Part shown: positions 8,178 to 17,831 of the stretch, piece after piece
Numbering within the stretch: position 1 is the stretch's first letter
How the letters are laid out: each line of letters begins with the position of its first letter
From: Clostridia bacterium
Lineage (GTDB): Bacteria; Bacillota; Clostridia; Christensenellales; CAG-1252
DNA: 64,000 bases
Assembly (NCBI GenBank): GCA_024685775.1
Contig: JAIKVL010000016.1
Span: 40,128-104,127, forward strand
Direction of reading: 5' to 3'
The notes under the pieces: generated by a model
Told to the model about the DNA's origin: nothing
Seen by the model: the letters and a program-made list of their open reading frames with translations, nothing else
The model's database searches: none
Translations under genes and position numbers: made by a program

Positions 8178-9533
8178 TTATTGTTCTTTCACACGAGATA
8201 ATAGTACTACCGTTTCGATATGCGGCGTTTGCGGAAACATATCGAACAATTTGACAGAAGAGAGTTCATAGCCGCCTCGAAGGAGCCGCGCGACGTCGCG
8301 CGTCAGGGTCGCGGGAGAACAAGAGACGTAGACGATGGATTTCGGCGGATTGGAAAGAACGGTTTTGACGACGCTTTCATCCAGCCCCGCTCTCGGAGGA
8401 TCGACGACGAGCGCATAGTCCTCTTTACCCTCGACGACCTCGGGAAGCCGATCCTCGACTTCGCCGCAAAGGTGCTTAACGGTTTCGTCGACGCCGAAGC
8501 GCGCCGCATTGCGCGCGGCGTTCAACGTCGCGTCTTTGATGACTTCGATCCCGACGACTTCTGCCGCTTTCTTCGCGAGAAGCGCGCTCATAATGCCCGT
8601 TCCGGAATACGCGTCCACGACGAACGATCCTTCGGGGATCGCGCGCGCGGCTTCCGAATAGATTTTTTCCGCCAAGGAGAAATTGACCTGCAAAAACGAG
8701 AGCGGCGACACTTCCCATTCTCCGCCGCAAAGGCTTGTCTCGATCTCGGCGGGCCCCGCGATCTTTCGGATGAAAGGCGACAGGATCACGTTATTCCGAG
8801 CGGTGTTTTTGCAGACGAAGACGCTCGTTTTCCCGTCCGTCGCGGCGCAAACGGCGTCGGCGAATTCCCGCTCTTTCGGGAGCTTTTCCCCGTTCAGGAC
8901 GACGGTTACGCTAAACGAAAAACCTTCCGCGGAAGGAAGCCTCCGCGCGACAAGGTGGCGAAGCAAGCCTTTCCCCGTCTTTTCGTCGTAGACCGAAAGA
9001 CCGTTCTTTCTCGCGAAGCCGACGACCGCGGCGATGAGCGGCTCGACCCATGCGCCGTGAAGCGGGCAACGCTCAACCGCGAGGACTTTATGCGTCCCCC
9101 TCTTATAAAACCCGAGAACGGGCTTTCCCGCCTCTTCGCCGAACGGAAGAGCGATCTTATTACGATAAAAAAGAGGTTCGCTTTTCTCGATCGGGAGATC
9201 GGAAAGTTCGACGCCCGCATTCTTTTTGAAGAGATGCAGGACGTTTTGTTTTTTGATTTCGAGTTGCTTTTCGTAAGAAACGTGTTGAAGCGCGCACCCG
9301 CCGCATTTCCCGAAAAGGGGGCAAACGGGAGCGACCCTTTCGGGCGACGCTTCGAGCATTTTGATGATATGCGCGAAGACGACCGTCCCTTTTACGCGAT
9401 CGACCGCCGCTTTGATCTTCTCTTTCGGAAGAGCGAAGGGAACGAAAAAAGTATAGCCGCCCGCGTGAGCGACGCCCTCTCCTTCCATTCCGAAGGATTC
9501 GATTTCAAGTTCGACGACGTCTTTCGCTTTCAT
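8178..9533 (-). CDS. rlmD: 23S rRNA (uracil-5-)-methyltransferase RlmD/RumA family
   Basis: It has an N-terminal TRAM-like region (GMEGEGVAH). The Fe-S cysteines are CPLFGKCGGCALQH. The SAM fold is VVDAYSGTGIMSALLA...DPPRAGL. Confidence 0.85.
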   Translation of the reverse strand: MKAKDVVELEIESFGMEGEGVAHAGGYTFFVPFALPKEKIKAAVDRVKGTVVFAHIIKMLEASPERVAPVCPLFGKCGGCALQHVSYEKQLEIKKQNVLHLFKKNAGVELSDLPIEKSEPLFYRNKIALPFGEEAGKPVLGFYKRGTHKVLAVERCPLHGAWVEPLIAAVVGFARKNGLSVYDEKTGKGLLRHLVARRLPSAEGFSFSVTVVLNGEKLPKEREFADAVCAATDGKTSVFVCKNTARNNVILSPFIRKIAGPAEIETSLCGGEWEVSPLSFLQVNFSLAEKIYSEAARAIPEGSFVVDAYSGTGIMSALLAKKAAEVVGIEVIKDATLNAARNAARFGVDETVKHLCGEVEDRLPEVVEGKEDYALVVDPPRAGLDESVVKTVLSNPPKSIVYVSCSPATLTRDVARLLRGGYELSSVKLFDMFPQTPHIETVVLLSRVKEQ

Positions 9534-9577
9534 CTATAAAAGGGGGCGCGCTGATTCAGCACGCCCGCAAATCTTCG

Positions 9578-10819
9578 TTATTTTACCAAAACTTTTTTCA
9601 AGTGCGCGAATCTCGGAAGCCCGTCTTCGAGCGGAGCCTTGGAATCGCCTTGAATTAAAGGAAGCGCGTAATCGACGTAATCTTGCGTCAAGCCCTTTCC
9701 TGCGGGAAGGATCCAGCTTTCGGGGATCTTCTTCTCAGTGTTCGCCGCGAGAGCGACGTCCATCAATTCGGGGGTGCAAACGTAGTCCTTGCCCGGCTTT
9801 CTGATGAGGCAGACCATCTTATCCGTCACGCCTTCGACCGCGGCTTGAACCGCTTTCGATCCGCAGGCGAACGCTTCTTCGACGTCCACTTTGCTCGCGA
9901 GGTGCGCGGCGCAGCGTTGGAGCAAGCTGAATTCAATCGCGCGGGTCTTTACGCCGAGCTTTTCCTTGACGAGACCGGCGAGCATCGCGCCTACGCCGCC
10001 GAGTTGCGCGTGACCGAAGAGGTCGGTCTTGCTGGCGGTAAATTCGCCGACGTACGTTCCTTCCTTGGTCTTGATGCCTTCGGAAACGACGACCATACAT
10101 TTATTGTCGTTCTTTGCGCAAACGTCTTTGACGCTCGCGATGAACTCGTCGATATCGAACGGAGTTTCGGGGAGATAGATAAGATCCGCGCCGAGACCCT
10201 TATAAGAAGCGAGCTGCGCGGCAGCGGTCAACCAACCGGCGTTTCTGCCCATAACTTCGACGACGCAGACCATACCCGTGTTGTAGACGGTGGAGTCGAG
10301 TTTGAGCTCCATGATCGAGGTCGCGACGTACTTCGCGGCGCTGCCGTAACCCGGGCAGTGATCGGTCCCGAAGAGGTCGTTATCGATCGTCTTGGGGACG
10401 CCCATTACGCGGCACTCGTAACCGCTCTGCTGCATGTACTTGCTGACCTTGTTGCAGGTGTCCATGCTGTCGTTTCCGCCGTTATAAAGGAAATAGCGGA
10501 TATTGTATTTCTTAAAGACTTCAAGGAGTCTCTTATAATCGGTCTCATCCACGTCCGCGCTTTTGAGCTTATAGCGAACGGAACCGAGAGCGGAAGACGG
10601 GGTGTTTTTGAGGAGTTCGAGCTCTTTCATATCTTCTTTCGAGATATCGTAAAATTGCTCGTCCAAAATACCTTTGATTCCGTGCGCCGCGCCGTACACG
10701 TTCGTGATGACGTCGGAATGTTTCAACGCTTCGATGAAAACGCCCGCCGCGCTCGAATTGATGACGGACGAAGGACCGCCCGATTGACCGAAAATAAGTG
10801 CGCCTTTTAATTGTTCCAT
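9578..10819 (-). CDS. pfp: pyrophosphate-dependent 6-phosphofructokinase-type enzyme (long PFK clade)
   Basis: The start is ATG 10819 with GGAGGA upstream; the track start at 10831 is a TTG. The N-terminus is MEQLKGALIFGQSGGPSSVINSS. Motifs are GGNDS and PKTIDNDL. The Lys in PKTIDND is the PPi-type diagnostic position; ATP-type enzymes have Gly there. Confidence 0.75.
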   Translation of the reverse strand: MEQLKGALIFGQSGGPSSVINSSAAGVFIEALKHSDVITNVYGAAHGIKGILDEQFYDISKEDMKELELLKNTPSSALGSVRYKLKSADVDETDYKRLLEVFKKYNIRYFLYNGGNDSMDTCNKVSKYMQQSGYECRVMGVPKTIDNDLFGTDHCPGYGSAAKYVATSIMELKLDSTVYNTGMVCVVEVMGRNAGWLTAAAQLASYKGLGADLIYLPETPFDIDEFIASVKDVCAKNDNKCMVVVSEGIKTKEGTYVGEFTASKTDLFGHAQLGGVGAMLAGLVKEKLGVKTRAIEFSLLQRCAAHLASKVDVEEAFACGSKAVQAAVEGVTDKMVCLIRKPGKDYVCTPELMDVALAANTEKKIPESWILPAGKGLTQDYVDYALPLIQGDSKAPLEDGLPRFAHLKKVLVK

Positions 10820-10875
10820 AATATCCTCCAAATGGTTTGAGGCTCACGCCTCGTTTTATCTTTTCGTAACTCTTT

Positions 10876-11838
10876 TTACAGGCTGAGCATCGTCGCCTGT
10901 TCGTACAGTTTCTCGTCGAAATACGGCTTGATCGCAAGCGCGTCCGCGATCGGCATTTCGATGACCTGACCGCCCTTGACGCCGACGACGAGACCGCCTT
11001 TATTCTCTTTCAAAAGTTCGACCGCGCGAATGCCGAGACGGCTCGCGAGGACGCGATCGGACATCGTCGGAGAACCGCCGCGCTGAATATAGCCGAGGAC
11101 GGTCGAACGGATCGAAAGACCCGTGCGCGCCTTGATCTCTTTCATCGCTTCGTCCAAGGGACAAGCGCCTTCCGCGAGGACGACGATACCGCTCGTCTTC
11201 CCGACCGCGTTGCCGCGGAGAAGGACGGACGCCACTTCGTCGAAATCGACGGGATGCTCGGGAACCAAAATGACTTCCGCGCCGCCCGCGAGACCCGCGT
11301 GAAGCGCGATTTGACCGCTGTGACGACCCATCACCTGGACGATGACAACGCGCTCGTGAGAACTCATCGTGTCGCGAAGGTTATTGATCGCGTTGACGGC
11401 GGTGTTGACCGCGGTGTCAAAACCGATCGTGAAATCGGTGTAGCCGAGGTCGTTATCGATCGTCCCCGGGATGCCGATGGTCTTGATCGAAAAATCGTTA
11501 TAAAGTTCGTTCGCGCCGCGAAGAGAGCCGTCTCCGCCGATGACGACGAGACCGTCCACGTTATGATTGGCGAGCGCGAGCGCCGCTTTCTTTCTTCCGT
11601 CGTAGGTTGCGAATTCTTCCGAACGAGCGGAGCGAAGGATCGTGCCGCCGCGCTGGATCGTATCCGAAACGGTGCGTCTCGAAAGCATATGAAGATCGCC
11701 CTCGATGAGACCGATATATCCTCTTTCGACGCCGTACACTTCGAGATTGTAATAGCTCGCCGCGCGAACGACCGCACGGATCGCCGCGTTCATGCCGGGC
11801 GCGTCTCCGCCCGAAGTCAAAACCGCAATACGTTTCAT
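10876..11838 (-). CDS. pfkA: ATP-dependent 6-phosphofructokinase
   Basis: Motifs are MKRIAVLTSGGDAPGMNAAIRAVVR, IGGDGSLRGA and GIPGTIDNDL. Confidence 0.9.
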   Translation of the reverse strand: MKRIAVLTSGGDAPGMNAAIRAVVRAASYYNLEVYGVERGYIGLIEGDLHMLSRRTVSDTIQRGGTILRSARSEEFATYDGRKKAALALANHNVDGLVVIGGDGSLRGANELYNDFSIKTIGIPGTIDNDLGYTDFTIGFDTAVNTAVNAINNLRDTMSSHERVVIVQVMGRHSGQIALHAGLAGGAEVILVPEHPVDFDEVASVLLRGNAVGKTSGIVVLAEGACPLDEAMKEIKARTGLSIRSTVLGYIQRGGSPTMSDRVLASRLGIRAVELLKENKGGLVVGVKGGQVIEMPIADALAIKPYFDEKLYEQATMLSL

Positions 11839-12068
11839 AAGCTACCTTCCTTTTCAAAAAGATAAAAATATTGTAACACGGCGACGAAAAAAAAGACAAA
11901 TACTTTGCTTTAATTAGCTAAAAAACCGATATAAATAATATACGTTATAAAATGCGACTGCGAGAAAAAACGGCAAAAGACCTGCCGAGCGAACGGGAGA
12001 ACGGATGACTTTCGCGCTCGGCGAACGCAAGCGAAGAAAAACGAAACGGACGCGCGGATTGCCGCTCT

Positions 12069-15000
12069 TTATTTCTTGCGCTCTTTGATCTCCACGTTCT
12101 CCGGGCCGAAGACTCCGTACAGCTCGGCGATCAGGCTGTCGCTGTCCGCGACGGTTCGCTCGAAGAGATAGTACTTGCCCGCAATATTCATATAGAGTTG
12201 CACGCCGCCTTTATAGGCGCTCGTGATGCGGTCGAGTTTTTGATACGCCGCCTGATATTCGTTCGGAAGACGGACGACGAAGACGACGTTTCTCGCGGGC
12301 TTTTCCTGCGCCGCGGGCTGCGCTTCGCTCTTTTCCGCCGCTTGCCACGGGCGAACGGAACGAAGATTCAACGTGTATTTTCCGTCGCGATCTTTCAAGA
12401 CACCGTCCGCAAGGACGATGTTTCCGTTTTTGATGAGGTCTTTGCAACGGGAAAACGTTCCGCCGTAGGCGACCGCTTCGATGATCCCGTCGAGATCCTG
12501 CACTTTCAAGATCGCCATTTCGTTGCCGCTCTTATCGACCTTTTTAACGACGTCGATCAGCATACCCGCCGCCGTCACCTGCTCGCCGTCCAGCGATTTG
12601 ACTTCGACGACGGAGTCTTCGTTTTGCTGCGCTTCGAGGTAAGCCTCCTCGGCTTCGGCGACTTGCGCGGTCGAGAAAGAGATCGACTTATACCCTTCCC
12701 TGTAATCTTCGAGCGGATGCCCGGAGAGATACAAAGAGAAGACTTCGAACTCGTTTTCGAGGATCTGCTTTCTCGGGAGTTCGGGCATCTTTACGAGATC
12801 CGCGTCCACGTTCAGATCCTCGATCTCGTCGAACAGCGAGAACTGCCCGGACATCTTGCGCTTATTGTCCTCGGCGGTCGCGGACATCACTTGCTCGTAA
12901 TTCGCGAGCAAGGTCGCGCGGTTCTCCCCGAGGCAATCGAACGCGCCCGCTTTGATCAGGTTTTCGACCATCGCGCGGTTCGGCATCGAACTTTGACGGC
13001 GGAAGAAATCGGAAAGGCTCTTATATTTCCCGCCCCGTTTTCTCTCTTCGACGACATGGCGCGCCGCGTCCTCGCCGACCGCCTTGACGGCGACCAAGCC
13101 GAAACGGACGGAGGTCCCGTTCGTCGTAAAGAAGACGTCGCCTTCGTTGATATCGGGTTTCAGGACGTCGACGCCCTTGGTGCGAAGATAGGTAACGTAC
13201 TTCGCGACTTCTTTGATATTCGTGATACGGTCGTTGATAACGGCGGTAATGAATTCGGGCGTGTAGTACTTTTTCAAATACGCCGTTTCGTAAGAAAGGA
13301 CGGCGTAAGCCGCAGCGTGCGATTTGTTGAACGCATACTTCGCGAAATCCGCCATATCGTCGAACAGTTTGGTCGCGACTTCTTCCGAAACGCCGCGCTT
13401 CAACGCGCCTTCGACGGCGGTCAACTTCTTTTTTACGTTCTCGGGCGAACCGTGGAAAAAGATCTTCTTCTGCTCGTCCATCAGTTTCGCTTTCTTCTTG
13501 CTCATGATACGGCGCAGAATATCGGCGCGACCGTAACTGTATCCCGCGATCTCGCGCGCGATCTGCATGACCTGCTCTTGATAGACCAAGCAACCGTAGG
13601 TCATTTCGAGGATCGGGCGCAAGCGTTCGTCCAAATAGACGATCTTATCGGGGTTGTTTTTATTTTCGAGGTACTTCGGAATACTGCTCATCGGACCCGG
13701 GCGATAGAGAGAAATCCCTGCGATGATATCTTCGAGCGAGGTCGGGCGAAGCTGAGTCATAAAGCGTTTCATCCCGCCTTGTTCGAGTTGGAACACCGAG
13801 TCGGTGTCGCCCGACGCAATCAGCTTATAAACCTCGGGGTTATCGTAACCGAGTTTATGAAAATCGATGTCCACGCCGTGATTTTCCTTGATGTAGATTT
13901 TGGCTTTATTGACGTCCGTCAGCGTAACGAGACCCAAAAAGTCCATTTTAAGCATTCCGAGTTCTTCGACTTGGTCTTTCGGGTACTGCGTCGTTACGAC
14001 TTCGCCGTTTCTTTGAAGCGGGACGAAATCGCCGACGATCTCTTTACAGATGACGACGCCCGCCGCGTGCATACCCGTGTTTCTCGGCATTCCCTCGACT
14101 TTGAGCGCCATATCGAGGACTTTGCGGATCGTCGGGTCGCTTTCATAGAGTTGGATCACGTCCGGGCTTTTCTGCTCGACGTGTTTTTCATCCCTGCCGA
14201 GAATGCCTTTGATGCTCATTTTGCCATTCGCTTCGGGAAGCATTTTTACGAGTTTATCGACGTCCGCATAGGGCACGCGATAAACGCGCGCGACGTCCTT
14301 AATCGCCTGCTTCGCCGCAAGCGTTCCGAACGTTATGATCCTCGTGACGCGCTCCGCGCCGTACTTTTCGCGGACGTACTGAATGACGTTTTCGCGCCCT
14401 TCCATGCAGAAATCGATATCGAAGTCGGGGTTCGAGACTCTTTCGACGTTCAGGAAACGCTCGAAAATCAAGTTAAAGCGCAAAGGATCGACGTTCGTTA
14501 TTCCGATCGCATAGGCGATGATACTGCCGACGCCGCTTCCGCGCCCCGCTCCGACGGGGATCCCGTGTCGGCGTGCGTAATCGATAAAGTCCCAAACGAT
14601 CAAATAGTACTCCGCGAAGCCCATTTTGATGATGACGGAAAGCTCGTACTCCATTCTCTCTTTGATCTCGTCCGTGATCACGGGATAACGACGAACGATG
14701 CCCTCGTAAGCAAGGCGCCTGAGATATTCCGCGGGGGTCTCGCCCGTCGGGGGGACGTAAGGCGGGAGCAACGGCAAATGGAACTTGATCTCGACGTTAC
14801 ATTTATTCGCGATCTCGATCGTGTTATCAAGCGCTTCGGGAACGTTCGGGAAGAGTTCTTCCATCTCCTCGGCGGTCTTGAAATAATAGTAAGGTCCGTT
14901 CATTCGCATACGGACTTCGTCGTCGATATAGCGCGCCGTTCCGATACAAATCAAAACGTCCTGCATTTCCGCGTCCTCTTTTTCGATATAGTGGACGTCG

Positions 15001-15716
15001 TTCGTCGCGACGACTTTGATCCCGAGCTCTTTGCTCATTTTCAAAAGGTTGACCGTCGCTTTCTTTTCCTCGGGGATTTCGTGATTTTGGATCTCCAAAT
15101 AGAAATCCTCGCCGAACACGTCCTTGAACCACAGCGCGAGTTCGCAGGCTTTGTCGTAGCGATCGTTATTGATCGCGCGGGGAATGATACCCGCCAAGCA
15201 GGCGGACAAACAGATCAAGCCTTCGGAATGCGCTTTGATCGCGTCGAAATCGATGCGGGGATGGGTGTAAAATCCGTCCACCCAAGCGATCGTGTTGAGT
15301 TTGCAAAGGTTATAATACCCCGTCTCGTTTTTCGCGAGAAGGATCAAGTGATACGTCGAGCTCGAACGATCTTTGACGTGCAGATTCTCGCACATATAAA
15401 ATTCGCAACCGATGATCGGTTTGATCCTAAGCTCCTTGTAACGCTCGAAATCATCCGCGGTAACGACGATATCGTCCGGATCGAATTCCTCGCCCGCTTT
15501 GGTCTTTTCCTCGATCAAAGCCTTTTTGACTTGCGCCTCGAAATCCGCTTGCGCCGCGTGGAAAAAATCCACCGCGCCGTACATATTGCCGTGATCGGTG
15601 ATTGCGACGGAGCGCATCCCGAGCGAGCGCGCCTTCTTAAAAAGGCGGTCGATCCTCGCCGCGCCGTCCAGCAAAGAATATTCCGTATGTAGATGCAAAT
15701 GAACAAAATCTCTCAT
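12069..15716 (-). CDS. dnaE: DNA polymerase III alpha subunit (DnaE type)
   Basis: 1215 aa. The N-terminus has a PHP domain (FVHLHLHTEYSLLDGA). A polymerase core and a C-terminal OB-fold region follow. Confidence 0.95.
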   Translation of the reverse strand: MRDFVHLHLHTEYSLLDGAARIDRLFKKARSLGMRSVAITDHGNMYGAVDFFHAAQADFEAQVKKALIEEKTKAGEEFDPDDIVVTADDFERYKELRIKPIIGCEFYMCENLHVKDRSSSTYHLILLAKNETGYYNLCKLNTIAWVDGFYTHPRIDFDAIKAHSEGLICLSACLAGIIPRAINNDRYDKACELALWFKDVFGEDFYLEIQNHEIPEEKKATVNLLKMSKELGIKVVATNDVHYIEKEDAEMQDVLICIGTARYIDDEVRMRMNGPYYYFKTAEEMEELFPNVPEALDNTIEIANKCNVEIKFHLPLLPPYVPPTGETPAEYLRRLAYEGIVRRYPVITDEIKERMEYELSVIIKMGFAEYYLIVWDFIDYARRHGIPVGAGRGSGVGSIIAYAIGITNVDPLRFNLIFERFLNVERVSNPDFDIDFCMEGRENVIQYVREKYGAERVTRIITFGTLAAKQAIKDVARVYRVPYADVDKLVKMLPEANGKMSIKGILGRDEKHVEQKSPDVIQLYESDPTIRKVLDMALKVEGMPRNTGMHAAGVVICKEIVGDFVPLQRNGEVVTTQYPKDQVEELGMLKMDFLGLVTLTDVNKAKIYIKENHGVDIDFHKLGYDNPEVYKLIASGDTDSVFQLEQGGMKRFMTQLRPTSLEDIIAGISLYRPGPMSSIPKYLENKNNPDKIVYLDERLRPILEMTYGCLVYQEQVMQIAREIAGYSYGRADILRRIMSKKKAKLMDEQKKIFFHGSPENVKKKLTAVEGALKRGVSEEVATKLFDDMADFAKYAFNKSHAAAYAVLSYETAYLKKYYTPEFITAVINDRITNIKEVAKYVTYLRTKGVDVLKPDINEGDVFFTTNGTSVRFGLVAVKAVGEDAARHVVEERKRGGKYKSLSDFFRRQSSMPNRAMVENLIKAGAFDCLGENRATLLANYEQVMSATAEDNKRKMSGQFSLFDEIEDLNVDADLVKMPELPRKQILENEFEVFSLYLSGHPLEDYREGYKSISFSTAQVAEAEEAYLEAQQNEDSVVEVKSLDGEQVTAAGMLIDVVKKVDKSGNEMAILKVQDLDGIIEAVAYGGTFSRCKDLIKNGNIVLADGVLKDRDGKYTLNLRSVRPWQAAEKSEAQPAAQEKPARNVVFVVRLPNEYQAAYQKLDRITSAYKGGVQLYMNIAGKYYLFERTVADSDSLIAELYGVFGPENVEIKERKK

Positions 15717-15740
15717 TGTTTCCTCTTTTGACGATCGATT

Positions 15741-15977
15741 TTATAAGATCGCGCGAAGCGCCTCGATGACCGCGGCGGCGTCTTTCCCTTCCGCGTAAAC
15801 GACGAGTTCCGCGCCCTTTTTATACGAAAGAGTCACGATCCCCATCAAGCTTTTCGCATTCGCGCCTTTATCTCCGTACAAAAGGCGGCTTTCCGCTTTG
15901 AAGGAACCCGCGGTTTCCGCGATCTTTTTCGCGGCGGACAGATCGAGATCTTTTTTCGCTTTAACCGTTACTTTCAT
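15741..15977 (-). CDS. HPr-family protein lacking His15 (Crh-like, Ser46-only)
   Basis: 78 aa. GANAKSLMGIVTL keeps the Ser46 context. The His15/Arg17 segment GIHARPA is replaced by DLDLSAA. The gene lies directly downstream of whiA, like crh in Bacillus subtilis. Confidence 0.7.
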   Translation of the reverse strand: MKVTVKAKKDLDLSAAKKIAETAGSFKAESRLLYGDKGANAKSLMGIVTLSYKKGAELVVYAEGKDAAAVIEALRAIL

Positions 15978-16914
15978 CCTCTTCCTCCCGAAGGGCGTTT
16001 ACCATTTCGCCGATCTTTTCAAATCTGTGATATAAGCCGCTCTTGGAGATCTTTTCGGGAAGCCTTTCCCGAAGCTCTTCGAGCGACGCGTCTTTATATT
16101 CGAGCCTTGCCTTCGCGACCGAGGCGAGTTCTTCCGGAACGCCGTAAAACGAAGTGTGTTCCTTTAAGTACAATGCGTCGTTATACTGCTTGACTGCCGC
16201 GCTCATCGCTTTATCCATATTCGCCGCCGAAAGGTTGGACGCGCGCTGGATCTTGGTTTTTACCTCGGTCAGAACGAGCTTGTCCTGAACGGCAAGGACG
16301 GTCTTATTCGCGCCGGCAAGCGCGAAGAAATCGCTGATCGCCTGCGCTCTGCGCGAAGTCAGGCAAAACTTCCCGTCCCTTTCGCTTTTCGAAAGGACGA
16401 TCTCCTCTCCTTCGAGAAAAGAGCGGAACTCGTCGGCATACTCTTCGAGGTCGAAGACGAAAGTCAGCCGCATCGCTCCCGACGCGCGGCTCAGGCTCCC
16501 GCAGGAAAGGAAAACGCCGCGAACGTACGCCGCGGGATCGGAAACGTAAGCGATATTGCTTTTCAAACCGCTGTCCAAAAGCGTGATCGCTCCGCCCGAA
16601 ACGCGGATCTTTTTTAAGTCGGTCAATAACGACAGCGCCGTCCTGCTCCGCACGGACACCGTAAAGTATCTCTTCCTGCGCTTATCTTCGGGCGCGGTGA
16701 TCCCGATCTCCCCGTCGTAGGAATAGGCGCGCTTCAAATAGGACGAGAAAGCGAGCGCAAGGCGATAATCGTGCGTGGAATAAAAGAGGTAATAGCCTCT
16801 TTCGTCCTTGCCGAGCTCGCCGCCGAACGAAAGGATCGCTTGGACGAAATCGTCCCCGAGATCTTCTTCGCAAAGCGCAAACAATTCTTCTTTGACCGAT
16901 TGATCCGTTACCAT
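15961..16914 (-). CDS. whiA: DNA-binding protein WhiA
   Basis: 317 aa. A LAGLIDADG-like middle region is followed by a C-terminal HTH (LEELRERLPEKISKSGLYHRFEKIGEMV). Its start overlaps the murB stop by 7 nt. Confidence 0.9.
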   Translation of the reverse strand: MVTDQSVKEELFALCEEDLGDDFVQAILSFGGELGKDERGYYLFYSTHDYRLALAFSSYLKRAYSYDGEIGITAPEDKRRKRYFTVSVRSRTALSLLTDLKKIRVSGGAITLLDSGLKSNIAYVSDPAAYVRGVFLSCGSLSRASGAMRLTFVFDLEEYADEFRSFLEGEEIVLSKSERDGKFCLTSRRAQAISDFFALAGANKTVLAVQDKLVLTEVKTKIQRASNLSAANMDKAMSAAVKQYNDALYLKEHTSFYGVPEELASVAKARLEYKDASLEELRERLPEKISKSGLYHRFEKIGEMVNALREEEDESNG

Positions 16915-17801
16915 CCGATCTTCTCCACTTCGTATTCGAGGAGGACTCCCTGCTCTTCGGCAACCTTTTTTCGAACGGTCTCTCCGATCTCGAAAAAGTC
17001 TTCCGAAGACGCGCCGCCCTCGTTTACGATAAAATTACAATGCTTTTCGGATAGGCGCGCGCCGCCGATCTTCAAGCCTTTCAGCCCCGTTTTTTCGATA
17101 TAGATCGCGGCGGGGACCGATCCGCATTTCCGAAACACGCTTCCCGCGGATCGCCCCTGCGGTTGCGTTTGCAAACGTTTTTCGCGCATAGATCGGATTC
17201 TTTCCCCAATCTTCTCTCCGTCCCCTTCTTCAAGAGCAAACGCCGCGGAAAGGACGATCGAATCTTTCGGAAGTTTCGCCCGATGATGGGAAAACCCGAG
17301 TTCGGACGGGGAAAGCCTTTCGATTTTATTCCCGACGAGCGCGGTGACGAACGAAAGCCCGTCCGAGATCGCCTGACCGAATGCGGAAGCATTCGTTCGG
17401 ATCGCGCCGCCGACCGTCCCGGGAATTCCCGAAGCGAATTCGACGCCCGAGAGCCGAGCGGCTTTCGCGAAAGCGGAGAGCCGCGGCATTTTTACGCCCG
17501 CGCCGACTTCGAGGACGCGCCCGCAAGCGCGCTCCCCGCGAAACGCGTCGAGTTTTACGATCGCGCCCGCGAATCCCGCCGAGGGAAGAAGGACGTTGCT
17601 TCCGCCGCCCATCACGAGACGCGGGATTCCCCGCAAGATCTCTTCGAGCGCGAGAAGCCTTTTTACGTTCTCGGGATAAACGACGATCGCGACGGGACCG
17701 CCCGAACCGAACGTCGTCAGCGTTTCGCCCGAAACGCCGATCCGATAGGCGTAGTTTTCTTTTTTCAGTCTTTCGATTTCTTCCGAAATAATATCCGACA
17801 T
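16908..17801 (-). CDS. murB: UDP-N-acetylenolpyruvoylglucosamine reductase
   Basis: FAD-binding motifs are TFGSGGPVAIVV and MGGGSNVLL. The C-terminus reads SAGSVFRKC...GGARLSEKHCNFIVN. Confidence 0.9.
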   Translation of the reverse strand: MSDIISEEIERLKKENYAYRIGVSGETLTTFGSGGPVAIVVYPENVKRLLALEEILRGIPRLVMGGGSNVLLPSAGFAGAIVKLDAFRGERACGRVLEVGAGVKMPRLSAFAKAARLSGVEFASGIPGTVGGAIRTNASAFGQAISDGLSFVTALVGNKIERLSPSELGFSHHRAKLPKDSIVLSAAFALEEGDGEKIGERIRSMREKRLQTQPQGRSAGSVFRKCGSVPAAIYIEKTGLKGLKIGGARLSEKHCNFIVNEGGASSEDFFEIGETVRKKVAEEQGVLLEYEVEKIGW

Positions 17802-17831
17802 AGCGGTATATTATATGGAAGTCGGGAAGGA

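Noticed and set aside
12198-15692. A 1164-aa ORF antisense to dnaE. Similar long antisense ORFs occur at 8220-9539, 9683-10810, 17163-19016, 27591-29105, 30514-32166, 42809-43831, 43893-45242, 46295-47545, 50396-51835, 58610-60259 and 60319-61677.
   Set aside because: Each lies exactly opposite a gene with clear, motif-supported homology. Their translations are low-complexity and rich in Arg, Asp, Phe and Val, with no recognisable motif. This is the expected shadow-ORF artefact of GC-rich, GC3-biased coding DNA.
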